The notes under the pieces: generated by a model
Told to the model about the DNA's origin: nothing
Seen by the model: only the letters and a program-made list of their open reading frames with translations
Database searches by the model: none
Made by a program: the position numbers and the translations under genes
Part shown: in pieces, positions 1-8,591 of the stretch
Layout: every line of letters begins with the position of its first letter
Position numbering within the stretch: the stretch's first letter is position 1
Assembly: GCA_046757665.1 (NCBI GenBank)
Contig: JBHHYO010000055.1
Span: forward strand, 1-17,832
Source of the DNA: Nitrospinales bacterium
GTDB taxonomy: Bacteria > Nitrospinota > Nitrospinia > Nitrospinales > JAJDAT01
DNA: 17,832 nt
Direction of reading: 5' to 3'

Positions 1-29
1 CTGTGTCTTAACCACTTGACGACGCCCCA
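1..29 (-). tRNA. 5' part of a tRNA, probably tRNA-Gln (cut by window edge, anticodon not visible)
   Basis: Reverse complement of 1-29 is TGGGGCG-TC-GTC-AAGTGGTTAA-GAC-A-CAG: acceptor 5' strand starting with U, T8, D-stem GTC/GAC and a D-loop with GG. This matches the bacterial tRNA-Gln 5' pattern, and ispE followed by tRNA-Gln is a common synteny. Confidence 0.8.
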
Positions 30-38
30 AAGGCGCTT

Positions 39-49
39 ATTATATTATA
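39..49 (-). promoter_or_regulatory. candidate sigma70 -10 element(s) for the tRNA
   Basis: Two overlapping TATAAT hexamers on the minus strand (39-44 and 44-49) just upstream of the tRNA 5' end. No convincing -35. Confidence 0.45.
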
Positions 50-245
50 AATTCTATTGATTTATCCAGCGGCCGGTTTTGGAGGCGCAGTCAGGAAGCC
101 CAAGCCTTGCAAAACAATCTTTCCTCTTTCCCCCGGCGCTTGTTACATTTTCTTGGGTTAAAATCTAGCGGGGTCCTCACGTCCGAAGAACGCAAAGACC
201 GTTTCGCCGGCCGGCGATTTTCAGTTGGAAGAGGGTTAATTGAAT

Positions 246-1163
246 TCAGGAGGGTTTCTGGTTGCGTGGGTAATGTATGATTTCCTCCGGCAAAAAGTCG
301 GAAAATCCGCTGACGGTTTCCGTCAGAAAAAGCTCCTCGTTATCCCCCTTATCAAGGTCCGCGAAAGCATTTTCGGCTTTTTCGCGATTTTCAAATAATC
401 CAAAAACGGCGGACCCGCTTCCGGACATCAAAGCGCCCTGCGCTCCGACTGCCCGTAACCGATCTTTCAGGGCCTGAATTTCCGGAATCCTTTGGATTAC
501 AACGGATTCCAAGTCATTATGCAGGGAAGATCCCAAACGCGGAATGTCTGATCGGGATAAAAGATTTTTCAAAATGCTAATATTCTTTTGCTTTTTTGTC
601 AACTTTAAATTTAGATTCTCATAGACCCAGGCCGTGGCGACGGAGAATCCCGGGAATATAAGGATAACGTAAAATTTTTTAATCGGTTGCACGGATTCAA
701 GCAATTCTCCCCGGCCCCGGCCCAGGGCGCAGGGGGAAAACAGGAAAAATGCTACGTCGGTGCCGAGTTCCGGCGCCAGCCGAACCAGGTCCTGGCGCGT
801 CAATTGCAGGTTCCAGAGGACGTTCAAACCCATCAGCGCCCCGGCGGCGTTGCCACTGCCTCCTCCCAATCCGGCGCCGGACGGGATATTTTTCCGCAAT
901 TTGATGCGCGCTCCACTCCGGACGCGGTCTGGAAAGCGGTTTTGCAACAACCGCGCCGCCCGCAAGACCAGGTTGCTTTCGTCCTTGGGGATTCCCGGAG
1001 TGTCGCAGTCCAGTTCGAGGCGGCTTGCCGCCTCGAGTTCCAGGCTGTCATACAAACCGACCATTTGCAAAACGGTTTCCAGTTCGTGGTACCCGTCCTC
1101 GCGTTTGTGCAGAACACTGAGGCCGAGGTTGATTTTGGCGGGGGTTTTAAGGATAAGTTTCAT
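246..1163 (-). CDS. ispE: 4-diphosphocytidyl-2-C-methyl-D-erythritol kinase
   Basis: PAKINLGL..REDGYHELET N-terminal motif, GHMP-kinase loop KNIPSGAGLGGGSGNAA, LGTDV, NDLE and MSGSGSAVFG motifs. Confidence 0.97.
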   Translation of the reverse strand: MKLILKTPAKINLGLSVLHKREDGYHELETVLQMVGLYDSLELEAASRLELDCDTPGIPKDESNLVLRAARLLQNRFPDRVRSGARIKLRKNIPSGAGLGGGSGNAAGALMGLNVLWNLQLTRQDLVRLAPELGTDVAFFLFSPCALGRGRGELLESVQPIKKFYVILIFPGFSVATAWVYENLNLKLTKKQKNISILKNLLSRSDIPRLGSSLHNDLESVVIQRIPEIQALKDRLRAVGAQGALMSGSGSAVFGLFENREKAENAFADLDKGDNEELFLTETVSGFSDFLPEEIIHYPRNQKPS

Positions 1164-1199
1164 AGCGAAGAATTCATGTGTTTTGAAGGACGGCGCGCC

Positions 1200-1228
1200 A
1201 TTTTAGCTTTTATCGGAAACTTTCGGAA
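1200..1228 (-). promoter_or_regulatory. candidate sigma70 promoter of ispE
   Basis: On the minus strand TTCCGA (1228-1223), 17 nt spacer, TAAAAT (1205-1200), about 37 nt upstream of the ATG. Confidence 0.4.
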
Positions 1229-1315
1229 GCGGTTTTTCTCCCCAAGAGGCATACCGCGTTTTTCTTTCTTGTCAAAGGGGAAGTGAGGCGACGATCTGTT
1301 TCCTGTTTGGCTCTG

Positions 1316-1324
1316 TGGTAGAAT
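1316..1324 (+). promoter_or_regulatory. candidate extended -10 promoter for the glycosyltransferase genes
   Basis: TGgTAGAAT fits the TGnTATAAT consensus, 30 nt upstream of ATG 1355. Confidence 0.5.
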
Positions 1325-1354
1325 CGCATCCCAATATCAGGGGACTTACTGTTC

Positions 1355-2833
1355 ATGACTGTCAACCTCGTCACGTTAGTTTTATTTTTTGTGCTTTCCT
1401 ACTGGGTTTACCGGGCATGGACGCTGGGACGTTACCGTTACTGTCTTTATGGGTCGCTTCTCCTGTCGCTGGTAATTCACGCAAACGGCATATTTTATTT
1501 TTACCTCAACACCTGGGACGAGGCTTTTCATGCGGTGGTGGCGAAGAACCTGCTCAACCACCCGCTGGAACCCATTCTGTATGAAGACGCGGCCTTGCCG
1601 GCGCCGCCGGAAGATTGGCGGAAAATACATGTCTGGTTGCACAAACCTCCCCTGACGCTCTGGTGCATCGCGCTTAGCTTGAAGGTATTCGGCGTCAATG
1701 AGGTTGCGGTGCGCATCCCCAGCGTCATCTTTTCCCTGCTGTCGGTGTGGCTGACTTTTCTGATGGGTTGCCGTTTGTTTTCCGGCGCCGCGGCAGGCGC
1801 GGCTTGCTATTTGTATGCGATCAACGGCATGTTGTTCGACCTGTCCACCGGCCGCCAGTTTTCGGACCATGTGGATACCTTGTTCATTCTGCTGATCCAA
1901 CTGGCGGTCTGGTTTGCGCTCCGGTTACTGCCGTCCAGGGATGGGAGTGGAAATGAAAGGCCGCGGGCGCCGATTCTATCTTCTGCCCTGCTCGTGGGCG
2001 GCGCCGTCGGCCTGGCTTTTTTGACCAAGCTGTTCGCCGCGTTTCTTCCTCTGGTTTTGCTGGCTTACATCCTCAGCGGACTCAGGACACCGCCGGGGGA
2101 CATTGTGAAGTACCTGTCAGCCGCTCTTTCCGTCTCGGCGTTGTTTATTGTTCCTTGGTCCCTGTATGCTTACCTGCAATGGCCGTCATCGTTCGTGGCG
2201 GGAATCTTCGGCAAGCTGGGGTACATCACTCATCCCGCCGAGGATTGGAGCGGCGGCGTTTTTTATCATTGGATTCGCATTCCCCGCTTTTACGGCGAAC
2301 TGTCCGTGTTGTCCCTGCCCTTCGTTTTTTATCACGCCTGGCGTTCGCATGATTTGCCCTTGCGGATTTTGAGTATCTGGGCGCTTGTTCCATACCTGGT
2401 TTTTTCGCTGACCGTCACCAAGGCGCCGGCGTACCCTTTTATTGCCGCCCCGGCGGTTTGTCTGATCAACGGATATTTCATCCGCTATGTTTATGAGATC
2501 AAACAGAAATCATCGTCCGGATTGAAAAGAAAACTACTCGCCGGCCTGCTGATTGTTTTCATCGTCTTGAACGTCCGGGTCTCCCTGGAAAGGCAAAAAC
2601 TCCATAAGACACCCGCCCGTCATATCGAATACTTCGATACATTGAAGGAGTTTTGCCGGACGATAAACCGGAACAATGAAAAGGTGGCGATCTTCCGAGT
2701 GCCTTCCCCAACGGCGATGTTTTATTGCAACGCGCCGGTATATTTCGACCTCCCCGACCGGAAAACGACCGAATCGCTGGAATCCAGGGAATACAAGGTA
2801 TTGATCTATGCCGACGAACGTTACGCGGAATAA
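1355..2833 (+). CDS. ArnT/PMT-like GT-C membrane glycosyltransferase (GT83/GT39-like)
   Basis: Many TM helices, WDEAFHAVVAKN first-loop motif, HKPPLTLW, FGVNEVAVRIPS, GLAFLTK and TK..YP motifs typical of the ArnT family. Confidence 0.88.
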   Translation: MTVNLVTLVLFFVLSYWVYRAWTLGRYRYCLYGSLLLSLVIHANGIFYFYLNTWDEAFHAVVAKNLLNHPLEPILYEDAALPAPPEDWRKIHVWLHKPPLTLWCIALSLKVFGVNEVAVRIPSVIFSLLSVWLTFLMGCRLFSGAAAGAACYLYAINGMLFDLSTGRQFSDHVDTLFILLIQLAVWFALRLLPSRDGSGNERPRAPILSSALLVGGAVGLAFLTKLFAAFLPLVLLAYILSGLRTPPGDIVKYLSAALSVSALFIVPWSLYAYLQWPSSFVAGIFGKLGYITHPAEDWSGGVFYHWIRIPRFYGELSVLSLPFVFYHAWRSHDLPLRILSIWALVPYLVFSLTVTKAPAYPFIAAPAVCLINGYFIRYVYEIKQKSSSGLKRKLLAGLLIVFIVLNVRVSLERQKLHKTPARHIEYFDTLKEFCRTINRNNEKVAIFRVPSPTAMFYCNAPVYFDLPDRKTTESLESREYKVLIYADERYAE

Positions 2834-2843
2834 GAACACCGCG

Positions 2844-5102
2844 ATGAGAGAAAAACTCCAGACAGATTGCGCCCGGCACGGCGCATCCGGCTCCCTGGTC
2901 TGGATAGCGCTTGCGGCCTTGGTCCTGGCGGTGTTTGCCGTGAATGGGTTGTGGGTGACTTTGGACACCCGCCCGCCGCACTGGGACGCGGCGGCCCATC
3001 TCCGCATTGCGTCAAAGTATCTCCATGTTCTGACCTCGCCCGCAAGCCGGTGGGTGGACCTGCTTGATGTGGAATCCTATTACCCGCCCTTGTACCACCT
3101 CAGCCTGGCTCCGTTTTTGGCCTGGTTCGGGCCTTACGCCGACCGTGCGGTGTGGGTCAACGGATTGTATTTGTCGGTGATTATTGTTTCGACCTTCGGC
3201 ATCGGGCGGACACTGTTCGGTTGGGAAACCGGGTTGGCGGCGGCGTTCTTCATAGCCTGCTATCCGTATCTGGCCTATATTTCGCGCACCTGCATGATTG
3301 ATACGGCGCTGACCGCCTGTGTTTCCTTGTCCTATTACTGCTTTATCCGTTCGAGAAATTTCGAGGACACCCGGTTTGCTTTCTGCTTCAGCGTCATGCT
3401 TGGCCTGGGGATGCTGGTGAAATGGACCTTTCTCTTTTTCCTGGCGCCCGCGGTTCTGATCGGACTTTTTTCCGGCGGCGAGGCGAGTTGGCGGCGCGCC
3501 GCGTTACGGGTTCGATGGGCAAATCTTCTCATGGTATTGGGCATCCCGGTTTTGCTGTGCTTTCCCTGGTACGCGCACAATCTGGTGAAGCTGGTGAAAT
3601 CGGCAACCAAGTTCTCCGGGGCGGGAACTTTGGAAGGAGACCCTACCCAGGGCTGGGACCTTTGGCTGTATTACTTCCGAATTGCCGAAACACAAACGGG
3701 GCTTGGATTATTTCTGTTGTTTCTCGTTGCCGGGGGATTCTTCCTGACGTGCAGAAGATTTTTTAACCCGGCGCTGTCTGCCTGGATCGTTATTCCTTAT
3801 GTAATTTTTTCCTTGATCAATAACAAGGATGAACGGTATACCCTGCCGCTTCTTCCTGCCGTGGCGGTGATCTCGGCGCGGGTTATTTTTCTCGTTGAGA
3901 GAGCCGCGGTTCGCAATGTGTTGTTGGCGTTGACCCTTGCCATGGGCTTGTTGACCTGGGGGTTGAGCGGGTTTTCCCATCATGCCTGGGCGCGTTGGCA
4001 GTTGCCGGTTCTCGGCGAGGTCCGTCCGATCGACTTGTGGCCGCCGGTAAGGGAACATTGGCCGATTGAGCAAGCGCTGAAAGATATGGTCGCAGAGTCC
4101 GGCTCCGGAAAAGGCAACCCCATTAGCGTTCGCACGTTGACCAATCATCCCTCGTTTCACCGCGGAGCGTTTTGGGAGGTCGTTCAAGCCGAGGATTTGC
4201 CGGTCGAATTAAAAATCGTCAAAAATAATTTGGGAGAACTGACCGATTTTTTCATCACCCGGGAAGGCGGCAAATCGTTTGCGAGTTCAGGCGCGGCGGG
4301 TAAGATAAATCGTCTGAAAAACGATCCGGCGCTGACTCGGACGTTTCCGGTGTTCCGCGAGTATCCCTTGCCGGACGGTAGCCGGGGCGTGGTTTATGGA
4401 TTCAAGGTCCGCCCGGCGACCCGCCTGGCCGGCGTGAATGACTTGGCAGAGGTGGCCGAACGCTTGCGGCTGGCGTTTGCAAAATATCCAGGCTATGGGA
4501 TTTCTCAAGGAAAAAATTTGCGGCTGACTGTTCTTCCCACCGGCAACCCCGACGACCTTTCTCTCGGGCGGTATCGGAGCATTACGATCACCGCCGATTC
4601 CGCCGTGATCGACAAGATTCTTTTCCACGACCTGCGGCTGGCGCTGGAGGAGGTGCAGATCAATCTGTACGAACTTTTTTTGCACGACCGGCTGATTTTT
4701 TTCAAAATCGGCCGCTTGACTCCCCGGTTAACGCTACGCTTTGAGGACGTGGAAAAAAGGATTGCCGGCAAACTGCGGCAACCTTTCCGGCTCGACGGCG
4801 AGGACAACGCCGTTCGCGCTAGGCTGGAACTTGCCTCGCCGACGGGTCCCCTTGTAGTGGAGGCCCGGGTGCGCCTGGATTTTCGGGCCGGGCAATCCAT
4901 CCGTCCGATTGTGGACTTCATTCGAGTCGGGCCGATTACCGTGCCGAGGATTTTTTACCGGGTGTTTCTGAACCAGGAATTGCGTTTGACACCCACTCCC
5001 GGCTGGCCGCTTGCCACGGATATCCGTTCGGTTGAAATTCTGCCCCGGCAATTGCGGATCAATTCCGCCACACCTACCCCAGCAGTTCGCGTAACCCATT
5101 AA
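2844..5102 (+). CDS. GT-C (ArnT/PMT-like) glycosyltransferase with C-terminal LmeA/DUF2993-like domain
   Basis: PPHWDAAAH, YYPPLYH, GMLVKW, PWY..N and NKDERYTLPLLP motifs with multiple TM segments. The soluble beta-rich C-terminus (LGRYRSITITADS...LEEVQINLYELF) resembles DUF2993. Start at 2844 preferred over the overlapping 2808 but uncertain. Confidence 0.82.
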   Translation: MREKLQTDCARHGASGSLVWIALAALVLAVFAVNGLWVTLDTRPPHWDAAAHLRIASKYLHVLTSPASRWVDLLDVESYYPPLYHLSLAPFLAWFGPYADRAVWVNGLYLSVIIVSTFGIGRTLFGWETGLAAAFFIACYPYLAYISRTCMIDTALTACVSLSYYCFIRSRNFEDTRFAFCFSVMLGLGMLVKWTFLFFLAPAVLIGLFSGGEASWRRAALRVRWANLLMVLGIPVLLCFPWYAHNLVKLVKSATKFSGAGTLEGDPTQGWDLWLYYFRIAETQTGLGLFLLFLVAGGFFLTCRRFFNPALSAWIVIPYVIFSLINNKDERYTLPLLPAVAVISARVIFLVERAAVRNVLLALTLAMGLLTWGLSGFSHHAWARWQLPVLGEVRPIDLWPPVREHWPIEQALKDMVAESGSGKGNPISVRTLTNHPSFHRGAFWEVVQAEDLPVELKIVKNNLGELTDFFITREGGKSFASSGAAGKINRLKNDPALTRTFPVFREYPLPDGSRGVVYGFKVRPATRLAGVNDLAEVAERLRLAFAKYPGYGISQGKNLRLTVLPTGNPDDLSLGRYRSITITADSAVIDKILFHDLRLALEEVQINLYELFLHDRLIFFKIGRLTPRLTLRFEDVEKRIAGKLRQPFRLDGEDNAVRARLELASPTGPLVVEARVRLDFRAGQSIRPIVDFIRVGPITVPRIFYRVFLNQELRLTPTPGWPLATDIRSVEILPRQLRINSATPTPAVRVTH

Positions 5103-5202
5103 AAACAAAGTGGTAATTCCAGGCCCACCCTGCACGCCGTGCATTATATAGGGGGGTAATCACTCCGGCGCCCCCGGTTTGCGGATCTTTTTGGAGTTTG
5201 CC

Positions 5203-5670
5203 ATGCTCACGGTTACGCCTTTCAAGTTGGTCGTCGATCCTCGCGCAATGTTTTCCAAAGCGCTGAACACCCGCATGGGCCATTCAATTTTTGTGACGGG
5301 ATATCGCCGCCGGATGCGGCGCGGGTTGGGCGTGGACGCCGGCGGCAACCCGGCGCGCCACAAGCCGCTCCAAAAAAATGCGCGGCCGGGCACGGGCCGG
5401 AACCCTTCGATCCCGTTATTGGACACCGGGGAAATGGTCCGGTCGTTCCGTGTGAACCGGGCTCGTACCACCGACCGTCTGCTGGTCATGGACTTTCCCG
5501 CAAAGGAACGCCGGAAAGCGGTCACGCACCAGTTTGGCGACTCACGCAGAAATATTCCGGCAAGGCCGCACGTCGGCGCGTCGCGCCAGGACATGAAAAA
5601 CGCCGTTCGCTTTCTGAAAAATTTCTGGGCACAAAACTTTCGCAAGTTTATCCGAATAGAACGAGGTTGA
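5203..5670 (+). CDS. phage virion morphogenesis protein (P2 gpS / Mu gpG-like), 155 aa
   Basis: PLLDTGEMVRS and HQFG...IPARPHVG motifs, basic protein. RBS GGAG at 5193-5196 supports ATG 5203 rather than TTG 5179. Confidence 0.8.
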   Translation: MLTVTPFKLVVDPRAMFSKALNTRMGHSIFVTGYRRRMRRGLGVDAGGNPARHKPLQKNARPGTGRNPSIPLLDTGEMVRSFRVNRARTTDRLLVMDFPAKERRKAVTHQFGDSRRNIPARPHVGASRQDMKNAVRFLKNFWAQNFRKFIRIERG

Positions 5671-5675
5671 GCGAT

Positions 5676-6794
5676 ATGGAAAATGTTGTCGTCTTTGCTT
5701 ATAACAACCGGTCCGATACCCCCTCGCTGGCCGCGGACAACCAGACGCCCACGCTTCCGGTGGGCAACGTCCAGAACAAACAGAGGCGCGCCGTCTGGCG
5801 CACGACGGATACCGGAGGAACCGCGGGTCATTATGTCATTGTGCCCTTCGACGCGGATGAATTTGTCGAAGGATTTTTCATGACGAACCACAATTTGTCC
5901 GTGAACGCAACGTACCGGATTCGCGGAGTAACACAAACGGTGACCGGGGGGACAATTGCCCTTACCGCCACCAGTAGCGCCGTCTCGAAGGCCGGCGGCC
6001 CGGCCTGGACATCCCGGATGGATGGAACGGATCTGTTATACGGAACCGGCGCGAACGTCAAGGTCGCAAAAATTCAAGCGGTGACGGGGCCGGATGCCCT
6101 GACGCTGGCGGCGCCCGCCCCCGTTTCTTTCACCGGCACCGACTATTTCGTTCTGGATTTTGAAAACGCTTACGACCCGGTTAATTTTCCGGAAGGCTAT
6201 CGGTTTGACAGCGGCATCATCGAGGTTTGGAAATCCCTGTGGGGCGCGGGAGAGGACCGAGCGGGTTTCCATGGCGCCAGCGGGGTCCCGCAGTCGGATG
6301 ATCTGCAATTCATCCGGCCCATTGATATGACCCTGTTCGCGGCAAGCCAGGAGTTCCGGTTTTGGAAGCTTCATTGGTTCGACCAGAATAATTCCGACGG
6401 ATACCTTGAGGTGGGTCGGATTTTTCTGGGTCCCGTGTTCCGTCCCAGCCGCAACTTTTCCGCCGATTTCCGCATTCGCCCCTTTAGCGACCCGTCGAGA
6501 AAGGAAGACTCCATGGGCCAGGTGACACATTCCGACGAAAAACAAAAATTCGGCCAAATTCAGTTGAATTTTGAAGGGGTGGATTCCTCGGAAGCCCAGG
6601 CGGAGTTTGCTCATATGCAAAATGTTGTGGGATTGACCAAGGATTTTTTTATAAGCCTGGAGCCGGACCAGAACGTCTCCAACTGGTTCTTCACCACTTT
6701 TTATGGACGGCTTGCCCGGCAGATGGTTTTCGCCACCAGCCACATCAACAAGACATTGCGCGACATCAACCTGGATTTCCGGGAAAGTTTATAA
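5676..6794 (+). CDS. putative phage tail-tip (distal-tail-like) protein, 372 aa
   Basis: HNLS..ATYRI, FRFWKL...D..NSDGYLEVGRIFLG...PSRNF....DPS pattern recalled from siphophage minor tail proteins. RBS GAGGT at 5663-5667 precedes ATG 5676. Confidence 0.6.
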   Translation: MENVVVFAYNNRSDTPSLAADNQTPTLPVGNVQNKQRRAVWRTTDTGGTAGHYVIVPFDADEFVEGFFMTNHNLSVNATYRIRGVTQTVTGGTIALTATSSAVSKAGGPAWTSRMDGTDLLYGTGANVKVAKIQAVTGPDALTLAAPAPVSFTGTDYFVLDFENAYDPVNFPEGYRFDSGIIEVWKSLWGAGEDRAGFHGASGVPQSDDLQFIRPIDMTLFAASQEFRFWKLHWFDQNNSDGYLEVGRIFLGPVFRPSRNFSADFRIRPFSDPSRKEDSMGQVTHSDEKQKFGQIQLNFEGVDSSEAQAEFAHMQNVVGLTKDFFISLEPDQNVSNWFFTTFYGRLARQMVFATSHINKTLRDINLDFRESL

Positions 6795-6826
6795 ACCTCG
6801 GCCACCGGCCAGAGCGGTAATGCAAC

Positions 6827-8524
6827 ATGCCCGATATTCTTACATACAGTCAACTGATTAACGAAACCGATTCGGAGAAGGTCTATCTTGCGGAAATCGA
6901 ACCGGCCTCGCACATGTCCGGATGGGCTCTGGCTTCGGGCCAGCTGAATACCTATTGGATTGCCGTTGAGCCCGGCATGGTGGTTTCCCGGTTAAAGGAA
7001 GAAAAAACTTTTCTCGGCGCTCAATCCGATATCTCCGCCGTGGAGGCCAGCCCCGGTTCCTGGTATTTCGATCCGATCGGTGAACTGCTGTACGCGCACA
7101 CTACGGATTCCGCCGCCCCGGACACGCATTACATGACGGCGTATTTTCTGGAAGTGTTCGGCACTCATCCGCGAATTTTTAACAACCGGTACTATCAACC
7201 GAAAATCGCCCGCATCCCGGAGTTCCGCCAAAGTATCAATGAAAAGAAATCGGGGAACACCATTCAATCCAGCGGCAGTCTGACTCTGCTGGAAGACAGC
7301 GGCAGTCCTTACTGGAGTGAGAAGCTGTACAAATACAATTGGCTGAACAAACCGGTGACCATCAAACTGGGCGGCGCTCACAAGGATTACCCGTTCTCCG
7401 AGTTCAAAACCGTGGCGAAATGGATTCTCAAGGGCAACACGTACTCGGATACCGGAGTGGATTTTGAGGTCGCCGACCTGAAAAGCCTTTTTAGAACACG
7501 TATTGGATTGATCCAATATGATTTGGCGACCTATCCCAACATGGACCCCTCCGCCGAGGGGAAAACCGTGCAGATTGCCTTTGGCCAAATTACCAATGGC
7601 CGCGCCGTGCGGATCGATTCCACCATCGGGGTTGGCGGCAAATGGAAACTGTCTCTGTTGGCCCTCGATTCAATCTCCGCCGTTTACGACGACGGCGTGT
7701 CTGTTTCCTTTACGCCGGACCTCGCCAACGGGGAGTTTACCTTGAACGCCGTGCCGCAAGGACAAATCACGGCGGATTTCAACGGACTGAAAGACGGCGG
7801 TGTCTGGCTCCGGAAAGGCGGGGAAATCTCCAAATATATTCTGCTCAATTTTCTTCCCCTCACGGCGAGCGATATTATCGCGGCGGATTTCAATGCCCTG
7901 GATACGGCGCGCAATTATACGCTGGGAATTTACGTCGAAAGGGTAACCCGGATCGACGAAATTTTTTCCCTTATTGAAAATTCCAACCACTGTTTTTTTT
8001 TCACCGACCGGGAGTCCGGGAAAATTCGGGCGCAGGTGTTCGCGGACCCGAATGCCGCGGACCCCAATCGCGTTCAATTGAGTGATGAAAACCTGTTCAA
8101 GTTTGAAATAGCAACCGACGAAAATGTGGCTCCAGAAATCAGCGTGTCGTACGGCAGGGATTTTTCCTCTGGAGAAATGAAGCTCTTCCGGCAATTTGAT
8201 TTGAATTCAGCTTACATCAACGACAGCGAGGAAGGCAAAAACATCGAAACCTTTCTTGTCAATAAAACCGATGCCCAATCGCTGGCCGGTCTGCTTTTGC
8301 CGTTTCACAGCAGGCCGCGGCTTCTGGCAAAGGCCGAAACGCATATCCGGCCGCTGGACCGAAATCTCCACGACAACATTGAAGTGAACCGGAACCAACG
8401 ACCCGATTTTCAGGACCAACAATTTGTTTACAGGCTGACCGGATTGAGGGAAAAAGCCGCCAAAAATAAAAAACGGGTCATCTTGACCTTATTGAAAAAT
8501 CTGCAACCGGGTGAGACCGGATAA
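6827..8524 (+). CDS. putative phage tail hub/minor tail protein, 565 aa
   Basis: Long ORF between the distal-tail-like gene and the fibre. The YPN.DP.AEGK...IAFG and VYDDGV....DLANGEFTL...P.GQITAD..G patterns resemble tail hub proteins. Function is inferred. Confidence 0.6.
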   Translation: MPDILTYSQLINETDSEKVYLAEIEPASHMSGWALASGQLNTYWIAVEPGMVVSRLKEEKTFLGAQSDISAVEASPGSWYFDPIGELLYAHTTDSAAPDTHYMTAYFLEVFGTHPRIFNNRYYQPKIARIPEFRQSINEKKSGNTIQSSGSLTLLEDSGSPYWSEKLYKYNWLNKPVTIKLGGAHKDYPFSEFKTVAKWILKGNTYSDTGVDFEVADLKSLFRTRIGLIQYDLATYPNMDPSAEGKTVQIAFGQITNGRAVRIDSTIGVGGKWKLSLLALDSISAVYDDGVSVSFTPDLANGEFTLNAVPQGQITADFNGLKDGGVWLRKGGEISKYILLNFLPLTASDIIAADFNALDTARNYTLGIYVERVTRIDEIFSLIENSNHCFFFTDRESGKIRAQVFADPNAADPNRVQLSDENLFKFEIATDENVAPEISVSYGRDFSSGEMKLFRQFDLNSAYINDSEEGKNIETFLVNKTDAQSLAGLLLPFHSRPRLLAKAETHIRPLDRNLHDNIEVNRNQRPDFQDQQFVYRLTGLREKAAKNKKRVILTLLKNLQPGETG

Positions 8525-8555
8525 TTTCTTTCGGTTTGCACCGGGGCGAGATTTG

Positions 8556-8578
8556 AAACCGGGAGCGGCCGGTTTTTT
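8556..8578 (+). terminator. intrinsic-terminator-like hairpin directly before the tail fibre RBS
   Basis: AAACCGG-gagcgg-CCGGTTT with a T6 run (8573-8578), then GGAGG at 8581-8585. Confidence 0.5.
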
Positions 8579-8591
8579 ATGGAGGGAAAAT

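Noticed and set aside
1-29. tRNA as prophage attachment site
   Set aside because: It is separated from the phage-like genes by ispE and two other genes, its 3' end points away from the cluster, and no duplicated tRNA fragment or integrase is seen.
8511-8591. N-terminal extension of the fibre ORF from GTG 8511
   Set aside because: Overlaps the upstream gene and the hairpin. GGAGG at 8581 supports ATG 8592.
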